A stretch of DNA of 64,000 nt from Actinomycetes bacterium (GTDB taxonomy: Bacteria > Actinomycetota > Actinomycetes > S36-B12): contig OZ257127.1 of the NCBI GenBank assembly GCA_965278965.1, forward strand, positions 39,159 through 103,158. Reading direction: 5' to 3'. Made by a program: the position numbers and the translations under genes. Below, one piece after another: positions 16,423 through 29,135 of this stretch. The first letter of the stretch is position 1; every line of letters begins with the position of its first letter. The notes below the pieces were generated by a model. It was not told the origin of the DNA and made no database searches. It saw only the letters and a program-made list of their open reading frames with translations.

Positions 16423-17343
16423 TCAGCTGCGTGGGCTCCAGCCAGCCTTTCGCAGCATCGGCCCGACCACGCCAGGGATCCGATCCACCGTGTAGGTGTC
16501 CTCCCACGCGAACCTCAGCAGGACAGCACGAGCCCGCGCCTGCATCACGTTCTGTCGATGGCGATCGGCGAGAAGCGCGTCCGGCAGTTGGTGGATGCTC
16601 CGGCCATCGAACTCGACGATGAGCCAGCTCCCGTCTGGCAGTTCGTAGCCGATATCGCCGTAGCCGGCGAGAGACCCGGTTTCGGTCCGCACGGGAACTT
16701 GGAGCGAGTCCGGTGGCAGACCCGCGTCTTCGAGGATGAGGCGGACACGGGTCTCGCCCGGGGATTGCGAACCCTCTCGTGCTCGGTCCAGGCTCGCCCG
16801 GCCAGTGCGGCAGCCGCGCAGGCCCGCCATCGACGCTCGGATGTCCGGCAGGTCGTCGACGCCGATCATGCGTTGGTCGAGCGCGGAGTCGACCAGGCAC
16901 ACCGCCTGGACGGGTGGGAGCAGGCGACAGACGTCCGCCAGCGTGCGGGCCACGCTGGTCGTCGGCAGGTCGGCGACGTGGACGACGTGCTCTTGGGGCA
17001 GGTCCCACACCCGTAGCTCCATCCCGGGCCGCTGCCGCCGTTCCAGGCCCGGCGGCAAAGCTGCCTGTGGGACCCAGGACGCCGGGAGTCCCTGAAGGCG
17101 GTGGAGGCGTGCGGCCGATCCCAGCACCGCCACTGCCTGGTCGCCGAGGTGTGCGAGTACGGCGCGAATCTCGGCGTGCTCGTCATTGACGTCATGTACG
17201 CGATACACGCCGCGGAACGGGCGCTCTATGTGCCCGCGGTCGGCTTGGCGCTGGAGCTGTGTTCGGGTCAGCCCGAGGTGGGCCGCGTCAGCTGCCCGCA
17301 CGAGGCCGTGCTTGTCGGTGATGGGTCGCTTGGGCGGTCGCAT
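16423..17343 (-). CDS. AbiEi-like N-terminal domain plus DUF559/Vsr-like nuclease domain protein
   Basis: HGLVRAADAAHLGL...RPFRGVY, TTSVARTLAD, SPGETRVRL, IVEFDGRSIH, DRHRQN..LRFAWED. Confidence 0.85.
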   Translation of the reverse strand: MRPPKRPITDKHGLVRAADAAHLGLTRTQLQRQADRGHIERPFRGVYRVHDVNDEHAEIRAVLAHLGDQAVAVLGSAARLHRLQGLPASWVPQAALPPGLERRQRPGMELRVWDLPQEHVVHVADLPTTSVARTLADVCRLLPPVQAVCLVDSALDQRMIGVDDLPDIRASMAGLRGCRTGRASLDRAREGSQSPGETRVRLILEDAGLPPDSLQVPVRTETGSLAGYGDIGYELPDGSWLIVEFDGRSIHQLPDALLADRHRQNVMQARARAVLLRFAWEDTYTVDRIPGVVGPMLRKAGWSPRS

Positions 17344-17432
17344 TCGACAAGGGTCAACGTGATCGGCGGCGGCGCGCGGCCCCGCGGATGTCCTGTGGAC
17401 GCTGACCGTGAGCGGGCGGTTCTGTGCGCCTT

Positions 17433-17495
17433 CGCCGACCTTGGGGTTTCAGGCCCCATCCGGGCCACATGAGGCCTGAAACCCCAAGGTCGGCG
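17433..17495. repeat. 23-bp perfect inverted repeat (REP-like hairpin B)
   Basis: cgccgaccttggggtttcaggcc / ggcctgaaaccccaaggtcggcg; homologous to hairpin A. Confidence 0.9.
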
Positions 17496-17505
17496 GGTGG
17501 GGCGG

Positions 17506-18377
<872 letters not shown>

Positions 18378-18381
<4 letters not shown>

Positions 18382-19280
18382 GCGCCCCCTCCATCCGTGG
18401 TCAGCGACTCGCCGGACTCCGTCAGGGCCTTGTCGTGGTGCGAGCCGAGGTACGCGTCGATGACGGCGCTGTTCGCCATGACGGCCGACGGCGGGCCCTC
18501 GGCGATGATCTGCCCCTGGGCCATCACGATCACCCAGTCGCTGATGTCGTGGACCATGTCCATGTCGTGCTCGACGAACAGGACGGTCGCGCCCTCCTCA
18601 CGCATCCCCTTGATGTGCCGCAGGAGGCTCTGGGTCAGCGCCGGGTTCACGCCCGCCATCGGCTCGTCGAGCATGATCAGCTCGGGGTCGGTCATGAGCG
18701 CGCGGGCCATCTCCAGGAGCTTGCGCTGGCCGCCGGAGAGGGAACCCGCGTAGTCGTCCTGCTTGGGCAGCATCGAGAACCGCTCCAGCAGCACCCGCGC
18801 GCGGGCCGTGACGGCGTCCTCCTGCTTGCGCCACAGGAACGGAAGCGCCGACGCCCAGACCCGTTCGCCGCGCTGGCCGCGAGCCCCCAGACGCATGTTG
18901 TCGAGGACGGACATGCGACTGAGCGCCTTGGTCAGCTGGAACGTACGGACCATGCCCAGCCGGGCGACCTTGTGCGGGGCGACGCCGGCGAGCGGCGTGC
19001 CGTTGAACGTCCAGTCACCGCTGTCGGGGGAGTCGAATCCCGTGAGCAGGTTGAAGAACGTCGTCTTGCCCGCACCGTTCGGGCCGATGAGCGCAGTGAT
19101 CGACCCGCGCTGCACCTCGACGTGGGCGACGTCGACCGCCGCGAGACCGCCGAAGCGCCGAACGACGTCGTCGGCGATGACGATCGGGTCCGGCTTGGGG
19201 ACGCCTGGGGTGTGCGGCACGTCGGCCAGTGCCGAGACGGCCGCTTGTGCGCGCGGGCCGGAGCCTTCGCTATCGACCAT
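18378..19280 (-). CDS. livG: BCAA ABC transporter ATP-binding protein
   Basis: GPNGAGKTT, RTFQ, LSGGQRKLLE, VEHDM. Confidence 0.92.
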
Positions 19281-20256
19281 CGAGAGCCAGCTCCTTCCGG
19301 TCGCCGAAGATGCCTTGCGGTCTGAAGATCATCAGGAGCATCAGGCCGAGGCCGACGAGGATGAAGCGAATGGGGCCGACGTCGGTGGGCTGCAGGAAGT
19401 CGATCCAGCCCGCCTTGATCATCTGGTTGAGGAACTCCCCGACGAAGACGAGAAGGAACCAGAAGATGATCGCGCCGGCGATCGGGCCGAAGACGCGGGC
19501 GGCCCCGCCGAGCAGCACGATCGTGTAGGCGAAGAACGTGACGTCGGGGACGAAGTTGTCCGGCTGCACGGACTGCTTCGCCACGGCCCAGACGATGCCG
19601 CCCATCGCGCCGAGCATGCCGCCGAGGACGAGGGCCTGCATCTTGTACCAGTACGTGTTCTTGCCGAGCGACACCACAGCGTGCTCGTCCTCGCGGATGC
19701 CGCGGATGACGCGGCCCCACGGGCTGCGCACGAGCAGCCACACGCCCAGGGTCAGGACGGCGACGAGGACCCAGCCCACGGTCGCGACCCACAGGTCCTG
19801 CCGGGTGAAGGCCAGGAACGGCAGGCTGATGTCCTGCGGGAACGGGTTGAGGTCGTGGAACTCCTGGCCCATCTTCCCGTTGATGCCGTTGACGCCGCCG
19901 AAGGTGTCACGCAGGGCGATGGAGCGGACGACGAGCCGGATGATCTCGCTGGCGGCGATCGTGACGATCGCGAGGTAGTCCGCACGTAGTCGGAGGGTGG
20001 GGATGCCGAGGATGAGCGCGAGGACGACCGAGCCGAGCAGGCTGACCAGGATCGCCAGCCACAGGTTCAGCCCCATCGTCACGACGATGACGCCGACGCC
20101 ATAGGCGCCCACCGCGACGAACGCGACCTGGCCGAAGTTGAGCAGGCCGGTGTAGCCGAACTGCATGTTCACGCCCATGGCGGCCAGGCAGTAGATGATC
20201 GCGGTGACGCCGATGGCCTGGGTGACGGCCTGGCTGAACACGAACGAGAGGTCCAT
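19270..20256 (-). CDS. livM: BCAA ABC transporter permease
   Basis: GYTGLLNFGQ, LRLRADYLAIVT, SPWGRVIRGIREDE. Confidence 0.92.
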   Translation of the reverse strand: MDLSFVFSQAVTQAIGVTAIIYCLAAMGVNMQFGYTGLLNFGQVAFVAVGAYGVGVIVVTMGLNLWLAILVSLLGSVVLALILGIPTLRLRADYLAIVTIAASEIIRLVVRSIALRDTFGGVNGINGKMGQEFHDLNPFPQDISLPFLAFTRQDLWVATVGWVLVAVLTLGVWLLVRSPWGRVIRGIREDEHAVVSLGKNTYWYKMQALVLGGMLGAMGGIVWAVAKQSVQPDNFVPDVTFFAYTIVLLGGAARVFGPIAGAIIFWFLLVFVGEFLNQMIKAGWIDFLQPTDVGPIRFILVGLGLMLLMIFRPQGIFGDRKELALDGR

Positions 20257-20259
20257 CGG

Positions 20260-21537
20260 CTATCCCACCCTCTCGCGTCGACCGAGGATGCCCTGCGGGC
20301 GGACCAGCAGGATGACGATCATGAGGAACAGCGCGCCGACCGTCTTCATCTCTGTCGGGATGAAGAGCGTGGAGAGCTGGATGAACAGGCCGACGACGAG
20401 TGCGCCGACCAGTGCGCCGTAGATGGTGCCGAGGCCGCCGAGCGTGACGGCCGCGAACATCACCAGCAGCAGGCGCTGGCCCATGTTCCAGGAGACATCC
20501 TGCGTGAGTCCGAGGTAGATGCCGGCGACCGCCGCCAGGCCGGCCCCGAGCGTCCACACCACCGAGATGACGCGCTCGACGTCGATACCGGTTGCAGACG
20601 CGAGTGCCGGGTTGTCGGACACCGCGCGGGTGGCCTTGCCGATGCGGGACCGCTGCAGCCACAGAACGGTCGCCGTCAGCAGGATGATCGCGACGACCGC
20701 CAGGATGATCGCCTTGGGCGTGATGCTGACGGAGCCGATCGTCAGGCCTGCCTGGCCGGCGAACTGCTCGTAGCTGCGCGGGGACCCCTTGAACAGCAGC
20801 AGCATCGTGTACCGCAGCGTGATCGCCAGGCCGATCGTGATGACCATGCTCGCGATGAGCCCGGTGCGGCGACGGCGCAGCGGGCGCCACAGGATCCGGT
20901 TCTGACCCCAGCCCCACAGGACTGCGCTGATGACGACGGCGATCGGCGCGGCAATGATGATGTTGAGGCCGAGCTCGTTCAGGACGATGGCGGTGAACGC
21001 GCCGAGGGTGAGCAGCTCGCCGTGCGAGAAGTTGGTCAGTCCGGTGGTGCCGAAGATGAGGTTCAGGCCGACAGCGCCGAGCGCGATGAGGATGCCCAGC
21101 AGCAGGCCGTCGACGACGAGCTGGGGGATCTGGCTGGTGCCGGTCCCGTCGGTGGCCGTTCCGGAGTTCGTCTCACCGCCGGCGCCGAGGTTGAACAGGA
21201 TCCGTTTCGTCCCGGACAGGACGTTGACCGTGCGCGTGGCCTCGTCGGGGTTGGCTAGCGAGACCCCGTCCGGCAGAGTCGACTCGTCGATGGCAACGGT
21301 GTAGGTGCCGGCCTTCGGGATCGTCACCGAGAAGGTGCCGTCTGCCCCGGACGTGGCGGCCTGGCTGAAGCTGTCGGCGCTGACTGTGACGACGACGCCG
21401 GCGACGGGCTTGCCGTCCGGGGTCTTCAGCGTGCCCGTGATGGCTGTGTCCGCTGCTTGGGCGCCGGGCGCGAACAGGGCGCTGAGGGCGATCAGCAGAG
21501 CGGCCAGGAGCCCGAGGCCCGTCAGGCGCTGCCGCAT
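20260..21537 (-). CDS. livH: BCAA ABC transporter permease with N-terminal extracellular beta-sandwich domain
   Basis: GLNLIFGTTGLTNFSHGE, GKATRAVSDN; signal peptide and ITGTLKTPDGKPVAGV domain. Confidence 0.9.
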   Translation of the reverse strand: MRQRLTGLGLLAALLIALSALFAPGAQAADTAITGTLKTPDGKPVAGVVVTVSADSFSQAATSGADGTFSVTIPKAGTYTVAIDESTLPDGVSLANPDEATRTVNVLSGTKRILFNLGAGGETNSGTATDGTGTSQIPQLVVDGLLLGILIALGAVGLNLIFGTTGLTNFSHGELLTLGAFTAIVLNELGLNIIIAAPIAVVISAVLWGWGQNRILWRPLRRRRTGLIASMVITIGLAITLRYTMLLLFKGSPRSYEQFAGQAGLTIGSVSITPKAIILAVVAIILLTATVLWLQRSRIGKATRAVSDNPALASATGIDVERVISVVWTLGAGLAAVAGIYLGLTQDVSWNMGQRLLLVMFAAVTLGGLGTIYGALVGALVVGLFIQLSTLFIPTEMKTVGALFLMIVILLVRPQGILGRRERVG

Positions 21538-21639
21538 CCGGTCCCTCTCCTCCTACGCCGCCGGCCCGTCGCCCGCCTCGCGTTCGCGGCAGCATAGCCA
21601 CGAAAACGACGGCATTGCGTCGGTTGCGTAAACGCCAGG

Positions 21640-22041
21640 CTACGCCGACCGGATGAGGCAGGTGAGCCTTCCGGTGCAGACCGCGCGACCCTCGCCGTCG
21701 GTGATCTTGACCTCGTAGGAAGTGATAGTCCGGCCGAGCGACAGGGGTTCGGCGACGGCCGTCACGACACCCTCACGGACCCCGCGATGGTGGGTGCACG
21801 AGATGTCGAGGCCGACGACCGCCTTGCCGGGACCGGCGTGCACGGCGGCGCCGATCGACCCGGCGGTCTCCACGAGGACCGCGCTGGCGCCGCCGTGGAG
21901 CAGCCCGAAGGGCTGCGTGTTGCCCGCGACCGGCATCGTCATGACGACCCGCTGCGGCGAGACCTCGACAATCGTGATCCCCATGGTGGCGGCCAGGTCG
22001 CCCACCGGGACGAGCTCCGGCGGCACAGCATCGGATGTCAT
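21640..22041 (-). CDS. PaaI/hotdog-fold thioesterase
   Basis: NTQPFGLLHGGASAVLVET. Confidence 0.92.
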   Translation of the reverse strand: MTSDAVPPELVPVGDLAATMGITIVEVSPQRVVMTMPVAGNTQPFGLLHGGASAVLVETAGSIGAAVHAGPGKAVVGLDISCTHHRGVREGVVTAVAEPLSLGRTITSYEVKITDGEGRAVCTGRLTCLIRSA

Positions 22042-22057
22042 GGGCCGAGCATAGGAT
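22036..22057 (+). promoter_or_regulatory. Possible RecA-NDp (PafBC-type) promoter of polA
   Basis: TGTCAT-N10-TAGGAT, 6 nt before GTG 22064. Confidence 0.45.
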
Positions 22058-22063
22058 CGCCGC

Positions 22064-24742
22064 GTGCCTGGCCCCCGTCTTCTCCTGCTCGACGGGCACT
22101 CGCTCGCGTACCGGGCGTTCTACGCGTTGCCCGTCGAGAACTTCTCGACCACGACGGGTCAGTCGACCAACGCGGTCTTCGGCTTCACCTCGATGCTCAT
22201 CAACGTGCTGCGCGACGAACGGCCCACACACGTCGTGGTCGCGTTCGACGTCTCGCGTCGGTCCTTCCGCACCGAGGAGTACCCGGAGTACAAGGCGACG
22301 CGCTCCACCTCGCCGGCGGAGTTCGCGGGCCAGGTCGAGCTCATCAAGCAGGTCCTCGCCACCCTCGGCATACCGACCGTCGCCGTGGAGGGGTACGAGG
22401 CCGACGACGTCATCGCCACGGCGGTCCGGCGCAGCGGTCTCGACGGGGGCACCGAGGACGGCCCGATGGAGGTCGAGATCGTCACGGGCGACCGCGACGC
22501 CTTCCAGCTCGTCAGCGACCGCGTCACCGTTCTCTACCCGCGCAAGGGCGTCAGCGACCTCGCCCGGATGACCCCGACGGCCGTCGAGGAGAAGTACGGG
22601 CTCACGCCCGAGCAGTACCCGGACTTCGCCGCACTGCGCGGCGACCCGAGCGACAACCTCCCGGGGATCCCCGGGGTGGGGGAGAAGACCGCGGCGAAGT
22701 GGATCCGTGAGTACGGCTCCCTCGCCGCCCTGGTCGACCGCGTCGACGAGGTGGGCGGCAAGACCGGGGACGCTCTGCGCGCGGCCCTCCCGCAGGTGCT
22801 CGTCAACCGCCGCCTGACGGCCCTCGACGCCGAGGTCCCGGTCGAGATCGACCTCACGGCGGCGGCGCTGGAGCCGTGGGACCGGGCTGAGGTCGACCAG
22901 CTCTTCGACACCCTCCAGTTCCGTGCGCTGCGCGAACGGCTCGACGCCGTGCGCCCCGGGCACGAGGACGACGCCGAGGCGCCTGCTGAGGCGGACACCG
23001 ACGTGCCCCTCGTCGAGCTCGCCCCGGCGCAGGTCGCGGACTGGCTCGCGTCGTCAGCGGGCGTCGCGGCGGTCGCGCTGCGCACGACCTGGGGACGCGG
23101 GCGCGCGGTCGTCGACCAGGCGGCGGTCCTGGACGACCGAGGCGTTGCGGGCCTGGTCGACGGGAGCGACCCGGTCGCCGCCGCGGCGCTGCTCGAGTGG
23201 CTCGCCGACCCGGCGGCGGCCAAGACGGTCCACGACGCGAAGCCGGTCGCGCTGGCGGTGGCCACGGCCGGTCACGCCCTGTCCGGCCTGGTCTGCGACA
23301 CCGCGCTCGCGGCGTACCTCGACTCGCCCGGTCAGCGCAGCTTCGCCCTGAACGACGTCGCGCAGCGGGTTCTCGGCGTGTCCGTCGCCCAGCCGGCGCC
23401 GACCGACCAGCTCGCCCTCGACACCGGCGACGACGCGGCGCCTGCGCTGGCCACCGAGGCCGCGGTCGTCCGCGACCTGACCGCGACCCTCCTGCCGCGC
23501 CTGGCAGAGCGCGACCTCCTGCCGCTGCTGACCGACGTCGAACTGCCGCTGGTCACCGTTCTGGCGGCGATGGAGCACAGCGGCATCGCCGTCGACGTCC
23601 CGGGCCTGCAGGACCTGTCATCGGAGTTCGGTGCCGATATGCGGGCGGCGGAGGAGAGCGCGCAGCAGCGTGTCGGACGGCCGTTCAACCTCGGCTCGCC
23701 CAAGCAGCTGCAGGAGATCCTGTTCGACCAGATGAACCTGCCGAAGACGAAGAAGATCAAGACAGGGTTCACCACCGACGCCGAGTCTCTGCAGTGGCTG
23801 TACGAACAGACGAACGAGCCGGTCCTCGCCGACCTGCTCGCCTGGCGCGACCGGTCCAAGCTGCGGCAGACCGTCGACGGGCTGCTGCCGCTCGCGGACG
23901 CCGACGGCCGCATCCACACGACCTTCTACCAGACGGTTGCGGCGACCGGGCGGCTGTCGAGCGCCGACCCGAACTTGCAGAACATCCCGATCCGCACCGA
24001 CGCCGGGCGTCGGATCCGGGGCTGCTTCGTCGTCGGCGGCGGCTTCGAGTCGCTGATGACCGCTGACTACAGCCAGATCGAGATGCGGATCATGGCCCAC
24101 CTGTCGGCGGACGCCGGGTTGATCGAGGCGTTCCGCAGCGGAGAGGACCTGCACACGACGGTCGCCAGTCGGGTCTTCTCCGTGGACGCGGCCGACGTCG
24201 ACGCCGAGATGCGCCGGCGGATCAAGGCCATGTCGTACGGCCTCGCCTACGGGCTGTCGGCCTTCGGGCTGTCGCAGCAGCTCGGGATCAGCCCGGACGA
24301 GGCCCGGGGCCTCATGGAGGAGTACTTCGGCCGGTTCGGTGGGGTGCGCGACTACCTCGGCGAGGTCGTCGAGCGCGCGCGGATGGACGGCTACACCGCG
24401 ACGATGCTCGGCCGCCGCCGCTACCTGCCCGATCTGACCAGCGACAACCGCCAGCGGCGGGAGATGGCCGAGCGGATGGCCCTCAACGCACCGATCCAGG
24501 GGACGGCGGCGGACATCGTCAAGGTCGCGATGCTTCGGCTGCAGTCGGGCCTGGCCGCCGCCGGTATGGCCAGTCGCATGCTGCTGCAGGTTCACGACGA
24601 GCTCGTCCTCGAGGTGGCGCCGGGGGAGCGGGACTCCCTGGAGGCGCTTGTGCGCGACGCGATGGGCTCCGCGGTCGAGCTCGCGGTGCCCCTGGACGTG
24701 TCGGTCGGGGTGGGCGCCAGCTGGCAGGACGCCGCGCACTGA
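22064..24742 (+). CDS. polA: DNA polymerase I
   Basis: LLDGHSLAYRAF 5'-nuclease; DYSQIEMR, KAMSYGLAYG, QVHDEL. Confidence 0.98.
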   Translation: MPGPRLLLLDGHSLAYRAFYALPVENFSTTTGQSTNAVFGFTSMLINVLRDERPTHVVVAFDVSRRSFRTEEYPEYKATRSTSPAEFAGQVELIKQVLATLGIPTVAVEGYEADDVIATAVRRSGLDGGTEDGPMEVEIVTGDRDAFQLVSDRVTVLYPRKGVSDLARMTPTAVEEKYGLTPEQYPDFAALRGDPSDNLPGIPGVGEKTAAKWIREYGSLAALVDRVDEVGGKTGDALRAALPQVLVNRRLTALDAEVPVEIDLTAAALEPWDRAEVDQLFDTLQFRALRERLDAVRPGHEDDAEAPAEADTDVPLVELAPAQVADWLASSAGVAAVALRTTWGRGRAVVDQAAVLDDRGVAGLVDGSDPVAAAALLEWLADPAAAKTVHDAKPVALAVATAGHALSGLVCDTALAAYLDSPGQRSFALNDVAQRVLGVSVAQPAPTDQLALDTGDDAAPALATEAAVVRDLTATLLPRLAERDLLPLLTDVELPLVTVLAAMEHSGIAVDVPGLQDLSSEFGADMRAAEESAQQRVGRPFNLGSPKQLQEILFDQMNLPKTKKIKTGFTTDAESLQWLYEQTNEPVLADLLAWRDRSKLRQTVDGLLPLADADGRIHTTFYQTVAATGRLSSADPNLQNIPIRTDAGRRIRGCFVVGGGFESLMTADYSQIEMRIMAHLSADAGLIEAFRSGEDLHTTVASRVFSVDAADVDAEMRRRIKAMSYGLAYGLSAFGLSQQLGISPDEARGLMEEYFGRFGGVRDYLGEVVERARMDGYTATMLGRRRYLPDLTSDNRQRREMAERMALNAPIQGTAADIVKVAMLRLQSGLAAAGMASRMLLQVHDELVLEVAPGERDSLEALVRDAMGSAVELAVPLDVSVGVGASWQDAAH

Positions 24743-24903
24743 CGGCATGTCCTCGCGATCGGACCGGACGGAACCCGACGTAGCGCCCAGATCGGACGTA
24801 ACCGGATGAACCGGTCGGATTCGCACCGGTCGGTCCAGGCGGGTAGCCTTGGAGGGTTTCGCGCCTGCGGAACGTCCCCTACGACAATCGGATCCCCTAC
24901 TCC

Positions 24904-26364
24904 ATGACCATCTCTACTACTGCTGTCGCGGCCCCGCAGGTCGCGATCAACGACATCGGCTCGGCCGAGGACTTCCTGGCCGCGATCGATGCGACGATCA
25001 AGTACTTCAATGACGGCGACATCGTCGAGGGCACCATCGTCAAGGTGGACCGCGACGAGGTCCTTCTCGACATCGGCTACAAGACCGAGGGCGTCATCCC
25101 CTCCCGTGAGCTGAGCATCAAGCACGATGTCGATCCCAGCGAGGTCGTCTCCGTGGGTGACCACGTCGAGGCTCTCGTCCTCACCAAGGAGGACAAGGAA
25201 GGCCGGCTGATCCTGTCCAAGAAGCGCGCTCAGTACGAGCGTGCGTGGGGCACGATCGAGCGCATCAAGGAGGAGGACGGCGTCGTCGAGGGTCAGGTGA
25301 TCGAGGTCGTCAAGGGCGGCCTGATCCTGGACATCGGCCTGCGCGGCTTCCTCCCGGCCTCCCTCGTGGAGATGCGGCGCGTCCGCGACCTGCAGCCCTA
25401 CGTGGGCAAGACCCTCGAGGCCAAGATCATCGAGCTCGACAAGAACCGCAACAACGTGGTCCTGTCGCGGCGCGCGTGGCTGGAGCAGACCCAGAGCGAG
25501 GTCCGCCAGACCTTCCTCACACAGCTGCAGAAGGGTCAGATCCGCAGCGGCGTCGTCTCGAGCATCGTCAACTTCGGTGCGTTCGTCGACCTCGGCGGGG
25601 TCGACGGCCTCGTGCACGTGTCCGAGCTGTCCTGGAAGCACATCGACCACCCGTCCGAGGTCGTCGAGGTGGGCCAGGAGGTCACGGTCGAGGTCCTCGA
25701 CGTCGACATGGACCGCGAGCGCGTGTCGCTGTCGCTGAAGGCGACGCAGGAGGATCCGTGGCAGCACTTCGCCCGGACCCACCAGATCGGCCAGGTCGTG
25801 CCCGGCAAGGTCACCAAGCTCGTCCCGTTCGGCGCGTTCGTCCGCGTCGAGGAGGGCATCGAGGGCCTCGTGCACATCTCCGAGCTGGCCGAGCGGCACA
25901 TCGAGCTCCCCGAGCAGATCGTCCAGGTCAACGACGACATCTTCGTCCGGGTCATCGACATCGACCTGGACCGTCGCCGGATCTCGCTGTCGCTCAAGCA
26001 GGCCAACGACTCGGCCGAGGGTGTCGGCGCTGAGGAGTTCGACCCGTACCTGTACGGCATGGCCCCGGCGTTCAACGAGGCCGGCGAGTACATCGGGCCG
26101 GACGGCTTCGACCCGGAGACGGGCGAGTGGAAGGCCGGCTCGGAGGACCAGCGCAACGAGTGGGAGCGGCAGTACGCCGAGGCCCACGCCCGCTGGGAGG
26201 CGCACCGCAAGCAGGTCGACGACGCCCGGGCCGCCGAGCAGGCAGCCGCGCTCGCGTCCGGCGAGGCGCCGTCGTCGTACTCCTCGACCGGCGGCGACGC
26301 CGAGGGCACGCTGGCCTCGGACGAGGCCCTGCAGGCTCTGCGGGACAAGCTCACCGGCGAGTAG
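24904..26364 (+). CDS. rpsA: 30S ribosomal protein S1
   Basis: Repeated S1 domains (FGAFVDLGGVDGLVHVSELSW); LASDEALQALRDKL end. Confidence 0.98.
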   Translation: MTISTTAVAAPQVAINDIGSAEDFLAAIDATIKYFNDGDIVEGTIVKVDRDEVLLDIGYKTEGVIPSRELSIKHDVDPSEVVSVGDHVEALVLTKEDKEGRLILSKKRAQYERAWGTIERIKEEDGVVEGQVIEVVKGGLILDIGLRGFLPASLVEMRRVRDLQPYVGKTLEAKIIELDKNRNNVVLSRRAWLEQTQSEVRQTFLTQLQKGQIRSGVVSSIVNFGAFVDLGGVDGLVHVSELSWKHIDHPSEVVEVGQEVTVEVLDVDMDRERVSLSLKATQEDPWQHFARTHQIGQVVPGKVTKLVPFGAFVRVEEGIEGLVHISELAERHIELPEQIVQVNDDIFVRVIDIDLDRRRISLSLKQANDSAEGVGAEEFDPYLYGMAPAFNEAGEYIGPDGFDPETGEWKAGSEDQRNEWERQYAEAHARWEAHRKQVDDARAAEQAAALASGEAPSSYSSTGGDAEGTLASDEALQALRDKLTGE

Positions 26365-26379
26365 CAACGCGTTCGTCAG

Positions 26380-26411
26380 CGAGGGGTCGGACCGGAAGGT
26401 CCGGCCCCTCG
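26380..26411 (+). terminator. Terminator-like hairpin after rpsA
   Basis: cgaggggtcggacc-ggaa-ggtccggcccctcg. Confidence 0.65.
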
Positions 26412-26444
26412 TCGCTTTCGGAGGCGACTGGCTATGGTCGAAGC

Positions 26445-27052
26445 ATGCCTCGCATCGGCCTGACCGGCGGGATCGGCTCGGGGAAGTCGACCGTCGCCGC
26501 CATCCTCGCTGCGCACGGGGCGACCGTCATCGACGCCGACGCCATCGCGCGCGAGCTGGTCGAGCCCGGCGGGGTGGCGCTGCCTGCCCTCGTGAGCGAG
26601 TTCGGACCACGGATCCTGCGCGAGGACGGGTCGCTGTCCCGGGGTGAGCTGGCGGCCCTCGCCTTCAGCGACCCTCGGGCGACTGAGCGGCTCAACGCGA
26701 TCATGCACCCGCTGATCCGGGAGGAGTCCGCCCGGAGGCTGGCCCAGGCCGGCTCGCCGGTGGTGGTCTACGACATGCCGTTGCTGGTCGAGACAGGCCA
26801 GCGCGACCTCGTCGACCTCGTGGTCGTCGTGGACGTTCCCGAGGAGGTCCAGGTCGACCGCGCGGTCCGGCTGCGCGGGCTGGACCTGGAGGACGTCAAG
26901 CGGCGGATGGACGTCCAGGCGACGAGATCGGACCGGCTCGCGCAGGCCGATGTCGTCATCGACAACGCCGGAGATCTGGAGGCCACGACGGCCCAGGTCG
27001 AGGCTCTCTGGCACCGGATCTCGGTGTCGGAGGGATCGAATACGGTGGACAG

Positions 27053-27056
<4 letters not shown>
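26445..27056 (+). CDS. coaE: Dephospho-CoA kinase
   Basis: [36 protein letters not shown]. Confidence 0.96.
27025..27046 (+). promoter_or_regulatory. RecA-NDp (PafBC-type) promoter of uvrB, probably leaderless
   Basis: TGTCGG-N10-TACGGT, 6 nt before GTG 27053. Confidence 0.7.
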
Positions 27057-29122
<2,066 letters not shown>

Positions 29123-29135
29123 GGCGGCCTGGGTA

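Noticed and set aside
16423-17343. Functional type IV toxin-antitoxin pair
   Set aside because: No adjacent AbiEii nucleotidyltransferase gene; the neighbours are ABC transporter genes.
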